Assembly: GCF_009914755.1 (NCBI RefSeq)
Contig: NC_060925.1
DNA from: the human T2T-CHM13v2.0 reference genome, Homo sapiens
Reading direction: 5' to 3' (one strand)
DNA: 64,000 bases
The notes under the pieces are model-generated. The model worked only from the letters and a program-made list of their open reading frames with translations, made no database searches and was not told where the DNA came from. Positions 1-33,207 of the stretch are shown here, in pieces. The first letter of the stretch is position 1. Each line of letters starts with the position of its first letter. A program made the translations under genes and the position numbers.

Positions 1-309
1 ATAATTTAGCCTGGGCACAGTGGCTCACGCCTGTAATCCCAGCACTTTGGGAGGCCGAGGCAGGCAGATCATGAGGTCAGGAGTTTGAGACCAGCCTGGC
101 TAACATGGTGAAACCCCGTCTCTACTAAAAATACAAAAAAATTAGCCAAGTGTGGTGGCACACACTTGTAATCCCAGCTATTAGGGAGGCTGAGGCAGGA
201 GACTTGATCGAACCTGGGAGCTGGGAGGCAGAGGTTGTAGTGAGCGGAGATCATGCCACTGCACTCCAGCCTGGGCGACAGAGCAAGACTCTGTCTAGAG
301 AAAAAATTA

Positions 310-12210
<11,901 letters not shown>

Positions 12211-12865
12211 ACAACATTTTAAAGGGAGGCCGGGCATGGTGGCTCACACCTATAATCCCAGAACTTGAAGCTCAGGCAGGTGGATTGAAGAATCACTTGA
12301 GCCTGGGTGGTGGACGTTGCAGTGAGCCAAGATCGCACCACTGCATTCTAGCTTGGGCTACAAAGTGAGACTCCATCTCAAAAAAACAAAAACAAAAAAA
12401 ATTTTTTTAAAGAGAGCATTGACTGGGCACAGTGGCTCATGCCTGTATATAATCCCAGCACTTTGGGAGGCTGAGGCAGGCAGATCACTTGAGTTCAGGA
12501 GTTCGAGACAAGCCTGGCCAACATGGTGAAACTCCGTCTCTACTAAAAATTAGCCAGGCATGGTGGCACATGCCTATAGTCCCAGCTATTAGGGAAGCTT
12601 GAGGCACGAGAATTGCTTGAACCTGGGAGGCAGAGGTTGCAGTGAACCAAGATCGCACAACTGTACTCCAGGCTGGGCAACAGAGTAAGATTCTGTCTGA
12701 AAAAAAAAAAAAGAGAATTTTCAGGGTTAATGACAATACTGGGGAAAAGGGCACTGTCCTATGGTGTTGATGGAGATACAAATTGATATAGTGTTTTCGG
12801 AAGGCCGTTTGTCAGTACCCACTTAACAACTGGACTTCTAGGAATCAAATTATGTCCTAAATGCT

Positions 12866-13217
12866 TGTCTTAGTCCGTTTCTGTTGCTATAACAGAATAC
12901 CACAGACTGGGTAATTTATAAAGAGCAGAAGTTTATTTGGCTCACAGATCTCATGCCAGCATCTGGCAAGGATCATCGGATGGTGGAAGGCATCCCATGG
13001 CAAGGAAGCACAGGAGCAACACAGAGAGACAACAAGGGGGCCAAACTCTTAGCAGGAGCCCACTCCCATGCTAACTAACCCACTCCCAAGATAACGGCAT
13101 TAATCCATGCATGAATGAGGTGTCCACACGACCTAATAACTTCTTTAATCTACCTCTTAATACTGTTACCTCTTAATACTGTTACATGAGTTTGTAGGGA
13201 CATTAAAACCATAGCAA
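12866..13217 (-). mobile_element. MST/MLT1A-type MaLR solo LTR
   Basis: TGTCTTAGTCCGTTT...GCTATAACAGAATACCACAGACTGGGTAATTTATAAAG...AAACCATAGCA; internal 16-bp tandem duplication near 13152-13185. Confidence 0.75.
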
Positions 13218-13227
13218 TGCTCAAGGA

Positions 13228-14148
13228 TTATATATAGATAATATATTAAATATATATAATATATAATATATATAACTATATTATATATATTTATATATAT
13301 TAAATATATTATAACTATATTATAATATAGTTATATATAAATATATAACTATATTATAATATAGTTATAATATATAATATATATTATAACTATATTAAAT
13401 ATATAAATTATATAATATATATTATATATTGTATATTATATAATTTATATAATATATTATATGTTATATAATATATATTATATATTGTATATATTATATT
13501 ATATATTATATATTTTATATATCATATATAGTATGCTATATAATATATATTTTTATATATTATATAGTATACTATATATTTTTATATATTATATATAATA
13601 TATATAATTATATATCATATATATTTATATAATATATGATATATAATATATAATATATATTATGTATTATATAATTATATAAAATATATCATATATTATA
13701 TATTATAAATAATATATTATATATATTATATATTATAAATAATATATTATATATATTATATATTATAAATAATATATTATATATATTATATATTATAAAT
13801 AATATATTATATATTATATTATATATTATAAATAATATATTATATATTATATTATATATTATAAATAATATATTATATATTATATTATATATTATAAATA
13901 ATATATTATATATTATATTATAAATAATATATTATATATTATAAATAATATATTATATATAATATGTTATATATTATAAATATGTTATATTATATATTAT
14001 ATATAATATAATATAATATATTATATAATTGTAATATATAGATATATATTAATATAATAATACAATATTAATATATATTTATATATTATATAATAATATA
14101 TAATATATAAGTATATATAATATATAAAAATATGTATTATATATATAT
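13228..14148. repeat. ~920-bp (TA)n-derived low-complexity tract with ~30-bp tandem units
   Basis: Almost pure A/T; unit ATATATTATATATTATAAATAATATATTAT recurs near-perfectly around 13690-13960. Confidence 0.95.
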
Positions 14149-14157
14149 TTTTTTTGA

Positions 14158-14818
<661 letters not shown>

Positions 14819-14919
14819 GCATTATTTATCATATCAAAAAAATGTAGTCATGACCCAACTACCTTGTTTCAAAGAGAACAGAGGAATTATTATATTTTAA
14901 CTGAGAGGATATGCTAGTA

Positions 14920-15457
14920 CAGGTTGAGTATCCCTAACCCAAAAATTCAAAATCTGAAATGCTCCAAAATCTAAAACTTTTTGAGTACTAACTTGATGCT
15001 CAAAGGAAATGCTCACTGGAGCATTTTGGATTTTGGATTTTCCAATTAGGGATGCTGAACCTAAGTATAATGGAAATATCCCAAAATCCAAAAAAATATA
15101 AAATTCAAAATGCTTCTGGTCCCAAGCATTTTGGATAAAGGATACTCAACCTGGCTGGGTGCAGTGGCTTACCCATGTAATCCCAGCACTTTGGGAGGCC
15201 AAGGTGGGCGGATCACCTGAGGTCAGGAGTTTGAGACCAGCCTGACAAACATGAAGAAACCCTGTCTCTACTAAACATACAAAAATTAGCTGGACATGGT
15301 GGCACATACCTGTAATCCCAGCTACTTGGGAGGCTGAGACAGGAGAATCGCTTGAACCCGGGAGGCGGAGGTTGCAGTGAGATCGTGCCATTGCACTCCA
15401 GCCTGGGCAACAGGAGTGAAACTCTCTCAAAAAAAAAAAAGAAGGATACTCAACCTG
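14920..15457. mobile_element. Tigger4/MER46-type TcMar DNA transposon with an Alu inserted in its right TIR
   Basis: TIRs CAGGTTGAGTATCC...GGATACTCAACCTG with TA duplications; the Alu TSD duplicates AAGGATACTCAACCT. Confidence 0.8.
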
Positions 15458-16342
15458 TAAAAGATTAGGCATTGATTTAATGCTTCTGTAGCAATATTCC
15501 CAGATGTCTTGTTCCGCACTTGTCTGACATAACCATGCATATATTATGTCTCTGTTAGCACAGTATCCCGGGTTTGTCTGTACTCCAGAAACAAGGTCAT
15601 ATAAGGACTCAGCAAAAGCTGGGTCTTTGGGCGCATAATGAGAATGTCCAATCCCTAGCTAAGTGACTCAGTCTTTTTTGTTTAATAATTTCTGGGAGAT
15701 TTGGGATTTCGAAGCCCATTACTAGTAGAACCTGGCCTATATATTAAACATGGAAGAAACTTCATTATAGATAAAACTCCTTGAGAACTAATTCATTATA
15801 GGGTCTTCATCTGTATATATGTTCATATTTATAACTTTCATAGAGTACTGAGTAGAAGTTAATGTATTTTTTAAATAACTGCTTAGGCCAGGTGCAGTGG
15901 CTCACACCTGTAATCCCAACACTTTGGGAGACTGAGGCAGGTGGATTGCTTGAGCCCAGGAGTTTGGGACCAGCCTGGGAAACAGTGAAACCCCATCTCT
16001 ACTAAAAATACAGAAAATTAGCCAGGCATGGGGGTGCAAGCCTGTAGTCCTAGCTACTCTAGAGGCTGAGGTAGGAGGATTGCTTGAACCTGGGAAGCAG
16101 AGGTTATAGTGAGCCAAGATTGTGCCACTGGCACTCCAGCCTGGGTGACAGAGTGAGACCCTGTCTCAAAAAAAAAAAAAAAAAAAGTCAGGTTAAGTGA
16201 CTGAATCTGGGGTGGGAGTTCAGATGGTGAGGCATTAATATAGTCTCACTCATAGGTTAAGACTAGATTAGATTATTCCAGTAATACAAAGGTCATTCAA
16301 CATCCAAGAAATCCATTAATGTAATATACCATTTTAATAGAT

Positions 16343-17145
<803 letters not shown>

Positions 17146-17735
17146 AAGACGGGAAAACGTATAAATGCAGAATAAACACTTAATACAATTTAGCACTAAT
17201 TTACGATTTTTTAAGTTTTAGCAAATTGAAAACAAAAGGGCACCAATCAAACTCCTATACTAAACGTCATCATTCTTTTTTTCTTTCTTTCTTTCTTTTT
17301 TTTTTTTTTTTTTTTTGAGATAGAGTCTGTCATTGTTGCCCAGGCTGGAGTGCAGTGGCACAAACAAGGATCACTGCAGCCTTGAGCTCCTGGGCTCGAG
17401 GGGTCCTGCCACCTCAGCATCCCATGTAGCTGGAACCACAGGTGCATGCCACCATGCCCAGCTAATTTTTTTTGTTTTGTTTTGTTTGTAGAGACAGGAT
17501 CTCACTTTGTTGCCTAGGCTGGTCTCAAACTCCTGGGCTCAAGTGATCCTCCCGCCTTGGCCTCCCAAAGTGCCGCGATTAGAGGTGTAAGCCACCATGC
17601 CCAGCCTAAACATCATTGTTAATAGTTAAATTTTAGCAGTGTTTCCATTCAGCAAATGACGCCTGCTGTCATAGCCTCTTTTCCACACTTTATGGGAGAT
17701 CCTAGCACATGCAATAGGACAAACATAAGAAATGA

Positions 17736-18076
<341 letters not shown>

Positions 18077-18462
18077 TAGGTGTGAGCTATAGCACCTGGA
18101 CTCAGAAAATCTCTGGATAAACCATTAGAATAAGAGACTTTAGCTAATAAGAGAGGTTGCTACATACCAGATTAATATACAAATATGAATAGTATGCCTA
18201 TAAACCAGTAATAATGCAATAGGAAAAAAAATGCCCATTCACTATAGCAATAAAATCCATGAGCAGTAGGAATAAATCTAACAAAAATATGTAAGATCTT
18301 AACAGAGCAAATAACATTGAAGAGTAGGAAAGACCTGAATAAATGAAGTATACCATGTTCACGGATGGTGAGACTCAACATTATAAAGATGTGAATTCTC
18401 CCCTAAATTAATCTATAAGTTCAATACAATAATGAAGCTTGTCAAACTGATGCTAATGTTTA

Positions 18463-18681
<219 letters not shown>

Positions 18682-18684
18682 TCA

Positions 18685-18789
<105 letters not shown>

Positions 18790-18842
18790 TCAAAAACAAA
18801 AACAAAAAAAAAGAACGATTTCTGGCCGGGCACGGTGGCTCA

Positions 18843-19118
<276 letters not shown>

Positions 19119-19147
19119 CTATTTCCTTATGTGTTTTAACATTTTTG

Positions 19148-22518
<3,371 letters not shown>

Positions 22519-22905
22519 TAGTAGAGACGGGGTTTCACCATGCTGGCCAGGCTGGTCTCAAACTCCTGACCTCAGGTGATCCGTCAGCCTCGGCCTCTCA
22601 AAGTGCTGGGATTACAGGTGTGAGTCACCACGCCCGGCCTCTGTTCATTTTTAAGATAGGAGATATTTGATATCATGTTTATACAATATTGGTAATTATC
22701 CACTTTATGTACAGAGGGGAATGATTTTGAGTTCAGCTTAAGCATAGTTTATTTCTGCCTGGCTTGGATTCAGAGACCCACCCTTCCTGAGCAATGTTGC
22801 ATTTGCTTCTGCAAGGTGCCCTGAAGGCACCACCAGCCCAGGACCAATTTTCACGTTAATTTTTCTTTTTTTTTAACTTTATTTATTATTTATTTATTTT
22901 TATAG

Positions 22906-23067
<162 letters not shown>

Positions 23068-23589
23068 TAAATCTGGTCTCCAGAATCTCACAAGGCAAAC
23101 CACTGGGCTTCAGTATCTCACCTAAGGCCTTTTTTTTCCCTACCCAGGGCCCTGCAAAGACAAACTTTTTTACCTTCTCCTTGGACATACGGTCAGAATT
23201 TTTAGTCCCTTTTCACTAAGGTTGTGGTCCTCAGAGGTTTCTAACTTCCCAGCTGTCAGTTCTAATAGATCAGAGTTTGGTACTGGTAAGGACCTAGTCC
23301 CTTAGCCATTACTGGCCCACACAGCTTGGGCTGTGCTGCCTCCGCTTAGCTGGCATCTAGGGATTTCTACATCTTTCTTGCAAGTCCAGCCACACATTTA
23401 AAAAACTTCAGCTGTATTTTATCCAGCGTCTCTAGGAATTCGTGGCAGGAAAGTTTTCACCTATCTTGCTGGAACCAGAAATTTTTCTCCTCACTCTACC
23501 TGGCTAATTCCTGCTCACCTTTGAGGTCTCAGTTTAAATGTTACTTCTAAAGAGGTATCCCTAACTTTGTCCATCTCAGTCTAAACTAG

Positions 23590-24051
<462 letters not shown>

Positions 24052-25076
24052 TGAGTGGCATGATCATGGCTCACTGCAGCCTTCACCCCCTGGGCTCAAG
24101 TGATCCTCCTGCTTCAGCCTCCCAAGGAGCTAGGACTACAGGTGTTCTCCATCACACCTGGCTAATTAAAATATATATATATATTTTGTAGAGACAGGGT
24201 CTTGCTATGTTGAACAGGCTGGTCTCACACTCCTGGGCTCAAGCTGTCCTCCTGCCTCTGACTCCCAAAGTGCTGGGATTATAGGCGTGAGCTACCACCC
24301 TGGGCTGGAGTCTTTGTTTAATGTCTGATAACACTTTTAGACTGAAAACAACATGAAGGCAAAAATCAAATGTGTTGGTTCAGCATATAGCAGAAGGCCT
24401 GATTTATTGAAGATGCTTGGCTGGATGCAGTGGCTCATGCCTGTAATCCTAGCATTTTGGGAGGCTGAGGCCAGAGGATCGCTTGAGCCTAGGAGTTCAA
24501 GACCAGCCTGGGCAACATAGACCTCATCTCTATATTTAAAAAATGAAAGAAGATGCTCAATAAATTTTGCTAATAAAACAAGTAATTTTCTAAAATCTAA
24601 TAACGGTCTAGTTGTTTTTTTGTTTTTTGTTTGTTTGTTTGTTTGTTTTTTCAGACAGGGTCTCACTCTGTCGCCAGGCTGGAGTGCATGGCGCAACCTC
24701 GGCTCACTGCAACCTCTACCTCCCAGGATCAAGCGATTCTCCTGCCTCAGCTCCCGAGCAGCTGGGACTACAGGCACGCACCACCATGCCCAGCTAATTT
24801 TTGTATTTTTAGTAGAGACGGGGTTTCACCATGTTGGCCAGGATGGTCTCCATCTCTTGACCTTGTGATCTGCCCGCCTTGGCCTCCCAAAGTGCTGGGA
24901 TTATAGGCGTGAGCCACCACGCCTGGCTGATAACAGTCTAGTATTAAGTGATATGTTGAAACCTATTATCTTCTGTGTCTTGGCGATTATATTCTCCAAC
25001 AAGAAAGTGTTCTTAATGGAATAAAAGAGGCTTCTGATTATTATTTTAGTTGACTCACCTTAGAAAAGGATTGTTC

Positions 25077-25672
<596 letters not shown>

Positions 25673-25719
25673 ATTGTAATGTAGGTTTTGGTAACCACAT
25701 GTGTCTTTTCCTCTTCAGA

Positions 25720-26542
25720 ATGGAGATCTCCTCTCATCAGTCTCACCTCCTGCAGCAACTGAACGAGCAGCGCAGGCAAGATGTATTTTGTGACTGCAGT
25801 ATTCTAGTTGAAGGGAAGGTCTTCAAAGCACATCGAAATGTATTATTCGCTAGTAGCGGCTACTTTAAAATGCTTCTTTCTCAGAATTCAAAGGAGACGA
25901 GTCAGCCAACCACAGCTACATTTCAGGCTTTCTCCCCTGACACTTTTACAGTTATCTTGGACTTCGTATATTCTGGCAAACTGTCTCTTACTGGTCAGAA
26001 TGTCATAGAAGTGATGTCGGCTGCTAGCTTCCTTCAGATGACTGATGTCATAAGTGTATGTAAGACTTTTATTAAATCTTCCTTAGACATTAGTGAGAAA
26101 GAAAAAGATCGCTATTTCAGTCTCTCAGATAAAGATGCCAATTCTAATGGTGTAGAACGTTCCTCTTTTTATAGTGGTGGCTGGCAAGAAGGAAGCAGTT
26201 CTCCACGTTCTCACCTAAGCCCAGAGCAAGGAACAGGTATAATAAGTGGAAAATCTTGGAATAAGTATAATTATCATCCAGCCTCCCAGAAGAATACTCA
26301 ACAACCCTTGGCCAAGCATGAACCAAGGAAAGAGTCCATTAAAAAGACCAAACATTTGAGATTGTCACAGCCTTCTGAAGTTACTCATTATAAGTCAAGC
26401 AAACGAGAAGTACGAACATCTGATTCTTCCAGCCATGTTTCCCAGTCTGAAGAACAAGCACAGATTGATGCTGAAATGGACTCTACTCCTGTTGGCTATC
26501 AGTACGGTCAAGGATCTGATGTCACATCCAAAAGCTTTCCAG
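25720..26542 (+). CDS. ZBTB8A: ZBTB8A first coding exon: N-terminal BTB/POZ domain plus Ser-rich linker (aa 1-274, phase-1 end)
   Basis: Translation [49 protein letters not shown]... is a classic BTB start. Acceptor cttttcctcttcag at 25705-25718; exon starts 25719 with ATG at 25720; donor CCAG|gtaccc after 26542. Confidence 0.96.
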
Positions 26543-27841
26543 GTACCCAAAAAGAGCATAAGTCCCCTCATCCAGGTTCCAAACTGCTATATTAATCAGT
26601 CTACTGTCAAAACACCCTTAGTTTCAGGTGCTCTAAGCAGTTGAAGCAAGTGATTTTTTTCAAAAGTTCTATTTTTGTAATGAAATTTATTTAGTAAGGA
26701 TAGGCGTGGTGGCTCACGCCTGTGATTCCAGCAGTTTGGGAGGCTGAGGCGGGCAGATCACCTGAGGTCAGGAGTTCGAGACCAGCCTGGCCAACATGGC
26801 AAAACCCCGTCTCCACTAAAAGTACAAAAAAATTAGCCGAGCATTGTGATGTGTGCCTGTAATCCCAGCTATTCAGGAGGCTGAGGCAGGAGAATCACTT
26901 GAACCCGGGAGGCGGAGGTTGCAGGGAGCTGAGATTACACCACTGCACTCCATCCTGGGCGATAGAGTGAGACTCTGTCTCAAAAAAAAAAAAAAAGAAG
27001 AAATTCATTTCATAAAACGTGGATTTAAATTTTTTAATTCAAAATAATATTGAATAAATATAATGACAATCAAAATAATAAGAATACTAAGGGTCAAAAC
27101 CCATGATTTTCCAAACCTGTATCTGTGGGTGGTTAGATTACTCTTAAATGTTTAAAGCTCTTTTCTAAATAGTTCAATCCCTGAGACACATATTTTCACT
27201 TTAAATAGTTTTTTTTTTTCCTGTGTACTTACTCAGAGGAGTATTTAGCTTATTAAGATACAAATACAGGCCGGGCACAGTGGCTCACGCCTGTAATCCC
27301 AGCACTTTGGGAGGCTGAGGCGGGCAGATCATGAGGTCAGGAGTTCAAGACCAACCTGACCAACATGGTGAAACCATGTCTCTACGAAAAATACAAAAAT
27401 TAGCTGGGAGTGCTGGCGCATGTCTGTAATCCCAGCTACTCAGGAGCCTGAGGCAGAAGAATCGCTTCAGGAGAACCCAGGAGGCAGAGGTTGCAGTGAG
27501 TGGAGATTGCGCCATTGCACTCCAGCCTGGGCAACAGAGCGAAACTCTATCTCAAAAAAAAAAAAAAAAGCATAGCAGTCTGAATTTACCCAACTTTCTA
27601 AATATATCAAATACCGAAGTTAAAGTTCCATACTTAGGATTACATTGACAATCTAGTCTTAATAAAATTTCTTTCGTCTCTTACTTTTTGGGCTAACCAA
27701 CTCCTTGTGAATTCTTTTTATTTCTTTTTTTTTAAGTTTATTTTTTTCTTTCCTTGTTTCCATTGGGCTTGGATTGGATTCTTTCTGTTATTAGAATTGT
27801 TATGAACTTTCCAGTGATTTAATCAAAGCGTCTCTTGACAG

Positions 27842-28011
27842 ATGATCTGCCTCGGATGCGATTCAAGTGCCCGTACTGCACACATGTGGTGAAGCGGAAG
27901 GCAGACCTAAAGCGCCACCTTCGTTGTCATACAGGAGAAAGGCCCTATCCATGTCAAGCTTGTGGAAAAAGATTTAGCAGGCTAGACCATCTAAGTAGCC
28001 ATTTTCGAACA
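27842..28011 (+). CDS. ZBTB8A: ZBTB8A second coding exon: C2H2 finger 1, TGERP linker and most of finger 2
   Basis: Acceptor tctcttgacag|AT; encodes (D)[56 protein letters not shown]; donor ACA|gtatgt. 823+170=993 nt keeps the frame. Confidence 0.96.
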
Positions 28012-28043
28012 GTATGTATGATTTTTTTTCATCGTTTTACTAA

Positions 28044-29390
<1,347 letters not shown>

Positions 29391-29750
29391 ATACATTTAT
29401 GGGCTTTAGGATCATCTCATTTGCTGAGGGAAATGTTTTCACACAACTCTACCATATTTAAAATTCTTCCAACTTAGTGTTTTTACTTTGCACGTAAAGC
29501 ATAATTATGTATATTGATTTTTAATCTCCTTCAAGACCTTGAAGTGGGGTATATTCTTTTGATGGTAAATAGTTTTATATTTCCATTTTAATTCACTTAG
29601 TCTAATATGTTTTTATATACTGGTCTGTTCAGAGCCAAAGATAATATAAACTGTATAAATGCTTTAAGTGTCTAGGTCAGAATCACCACTGTAGATACTC
29701 AGCATCTACCAGTGATTACTGAATCCTTGTCTGGTAGGATTTCAGTCTAG

Positions 29751-30119
<369 letters not shown>

Positions 30120-30478
30120 TGAGGAATTGTATTGGTTTATTATGTTTGGATCCACAATTATTATTCCTTTTGACACTCAAATTTTTAGTTTTATCCAGTG
30201 AACAGTCTCTACCTTGATGCTGGCTCTTGTCTCCTTTTGTCACAACTCCATTAAATTTTGAAAGTGTCCTTGTTCTCTGGCTCCAAAAGAGGCCTAGACT
30301 CACTTTGTACTTTCCCTACCACAGAGCTGGAATCAGCCATTTCTCAATCCATTTCCTTTAGTGGAAAGTGAAATTAGAGCCCAAAGTCTGGGCAGTCATT
30401 GTTACGGAGGTGTCATTTCTTTTACACTATTTCAGTGGATAGAGTTAGAAGATACATATTTTGGAGGGATGGACATGA

Positions 30479-30914
<436 letters not shown>

Positions 30915-31045
30915 TAATATGTCAACAGTTACACACAGGATAATAACTGTACTAGTGGTAATTCCATACATTTTCCTACATATTTTACCAGACTGTATTA
31001 GCTTTCTTGGATTTTTTTTTTTTTTTTTTTTTTTTTTTGAGATGA

Positions 31046-31237
<192 letters not shown>

Positions 31238-32874
31238 TGATCTCAAACTGCTGACCTCAAGTGATCCACTCACCTCAGCCTTCCAAAGTGCTGGGATTAC
31301 AGGTGTGAGCCACAGTGCCCAGCTTCTTGGAGTTTTTTACTGTGTTTGGTGCCCTACTTCTGCACTGTCCTGACTTTATTTAAATGAATATTCCATAAAC
31401 ATTGATTCAACATTATACAATTAATTTTTATAATTTTTAGATTAGAACCCATAATCTACTGTTCTGACAGCTATTGAACAAAATTGTTTATTACTAATTA
31501 TAATACGTAATTATTCCTCACTACAACTGTTTACCAAAGCATTTCACACATGTTAACTCATTTGGTCCTCACATTAACCCTGTGAGTGATATTTCCATTA
31601 GCCAAAGGAAGCAAGCAAAGATAATACTAGGCTGATATATAGAAGCAGCACCATCGTAGTTGTTTATGATGAATGTCCAGTAGAATTAGTCAGGCTTCTC
31701 ATCAGTCTGGGTGGTGCCCATATCTTACCAGTTAAATATTTTAACTGTCACCCTAAAGCAGGTTTATATAATGTTTTAAATTACTTGCTCCAAGAAGATA
31801 GTAAATAACTAGAACCCCAACCCTTCCAATCCCTGTGGTCCTCTTTCCACCAGATCTTTTATTAATAAAAATGGCAAGTTCTCCTTCTATCTAAAATATT
31901 AATAAATTTAAATTTATGCAATATTTTTCTTTCTCTAGTAAAATAACAAAAAATTAATACACAAAACAAGAGAGATTGCACCCCCCGCCCCCACCTCAAA
32001 TTAAGATATGTTCAGCCTGGAAAACATAGTGAGACCCTTTCTCTATAAAAAATTTTTTTTTAATTAGCCAGGTGTGGTGGCATGCACCTGTAGTCCCAGC
32101 TCCTCGGTAGGTTGGGATGGGAGGATTGCTTGAGCCTGGGAGGCTGAGGCTGCAGTGAGCCATGGTCACCACTACACCGTAGCCTGGGTGACAGAGCGAG
32201 ACCCTATTTTAAAAATAAAAAGTATGCTGGGCGCGGTGCCTCACACCTATAATCCCAGCACTTTGGGCGGCCGAGGCAGACAGATGACGAGGTCAGGAGT
32301 TTGAGACCAGCCTGACCAACATGGTGAAACCCCATCTCTACTAAAAATACAAAAATTAGCTGGGCGTGGTGGCACGTGCCTGTAATACCAGCTACTCAGG
32401 AGGCTGAGGCAGGAGAATTGCATGAACCCCGGAGGCGGAGGTTGCAGTGAGCCGAGATTGCACTATTGCACTCCAGCCTGGGCAACAGAGTGAGACTCTG
32501 TCTCAAAAATAAATAAATAAATAAATAAATAATAAAAATAATTAAATAAGTACATGGCACATAGTGTTTGCAATTATTATTATCATAGGAAGTTACCTCA
32601 GATACCAAATGCTATTGGATTAAGGGATAGGTGAAATTATTATGTCATATTAATAATAAAAAACATGATAACCACTATTTAGAGAAAGCTGATGTTTAAT
32701 ATTTCTGTGACATCAATTCACCACTAAAACCCTTGATCTTTCTCTAAATAATAGATGTTAATTTGAGTTTAATGCATGGCTTTGAACATCTTAAGTTTAT
32801 GAACTGGTACCTAAAATATCAAACTGTCCTGCTTTTGAAAAATCACTTTTATCACTATTTAAATCTCTACACAG

Positions 32875-33207
32875 ATTCACCAGGCATGTAAACTCATCTG
32901 CAGAAAATGTAAACGTCATGTGACAGATCTAACAGGGCAAGTGGTACAGGAGGGAACCAGGCGCTACAGACTGTGTAATGAGTGTCTTGCAGAATTTGGC
33001 ATAGACAGCCTCCCCATTGACTTGGAAGCTGAACAACATCTTATGTCCCCATCAGATGGAGATAAGGATTCCAGATGGCACTTGAGTGAAGATGAGAATA
33101 GATCCTATGTGGAGATTGTAGAAGATGGGTCTGCTGATCTGGTCATCCAACAGGTTGATGATAGTGAAGAAGAAGAAGAAAAAGAAATTAAGCCCAACAT
33201 TAGGTAG
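32875..33207 (+). CDS. ZBTB8A: ZBTB8A last coding exon: final His of finger 2, Cys-rich segment, acidic tail, TAG stop
   Basis: Acceptor ctctacacag|ATTCAC; encodes IHQACKLICRKCKRHVTDLTGQ...DDSEEEEEKEIKPNIR*. The spliced total of 441 aa matches the length I recall for ZBTB8A. Confidence 0.95.
   Translation: MHQACKLICRKCKRHVTDLTGQVVQEGTRRYRLCNECLAEFGIDSLPIDLEAEQHLMSPSDGDKDSRWHLSEDENRSYVEIVEDGSADLVIQQVDDSEEEEEKEIKPNIR

Noticed and set aside
13690-13960. Regular ~30-bp repeats resembling a CRISPR-like array
   Set aside because: There are no unique spacers, the sequence is pure AT low complexity, and the context is eukaryotic.
25699-25719. Upstream in-frame ATG (MCLFLFR) used by the ORF track
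   Set aside because: It lies in the polypyrimidine tract before the AG acceptor at 25717-25718, so it is intronic.
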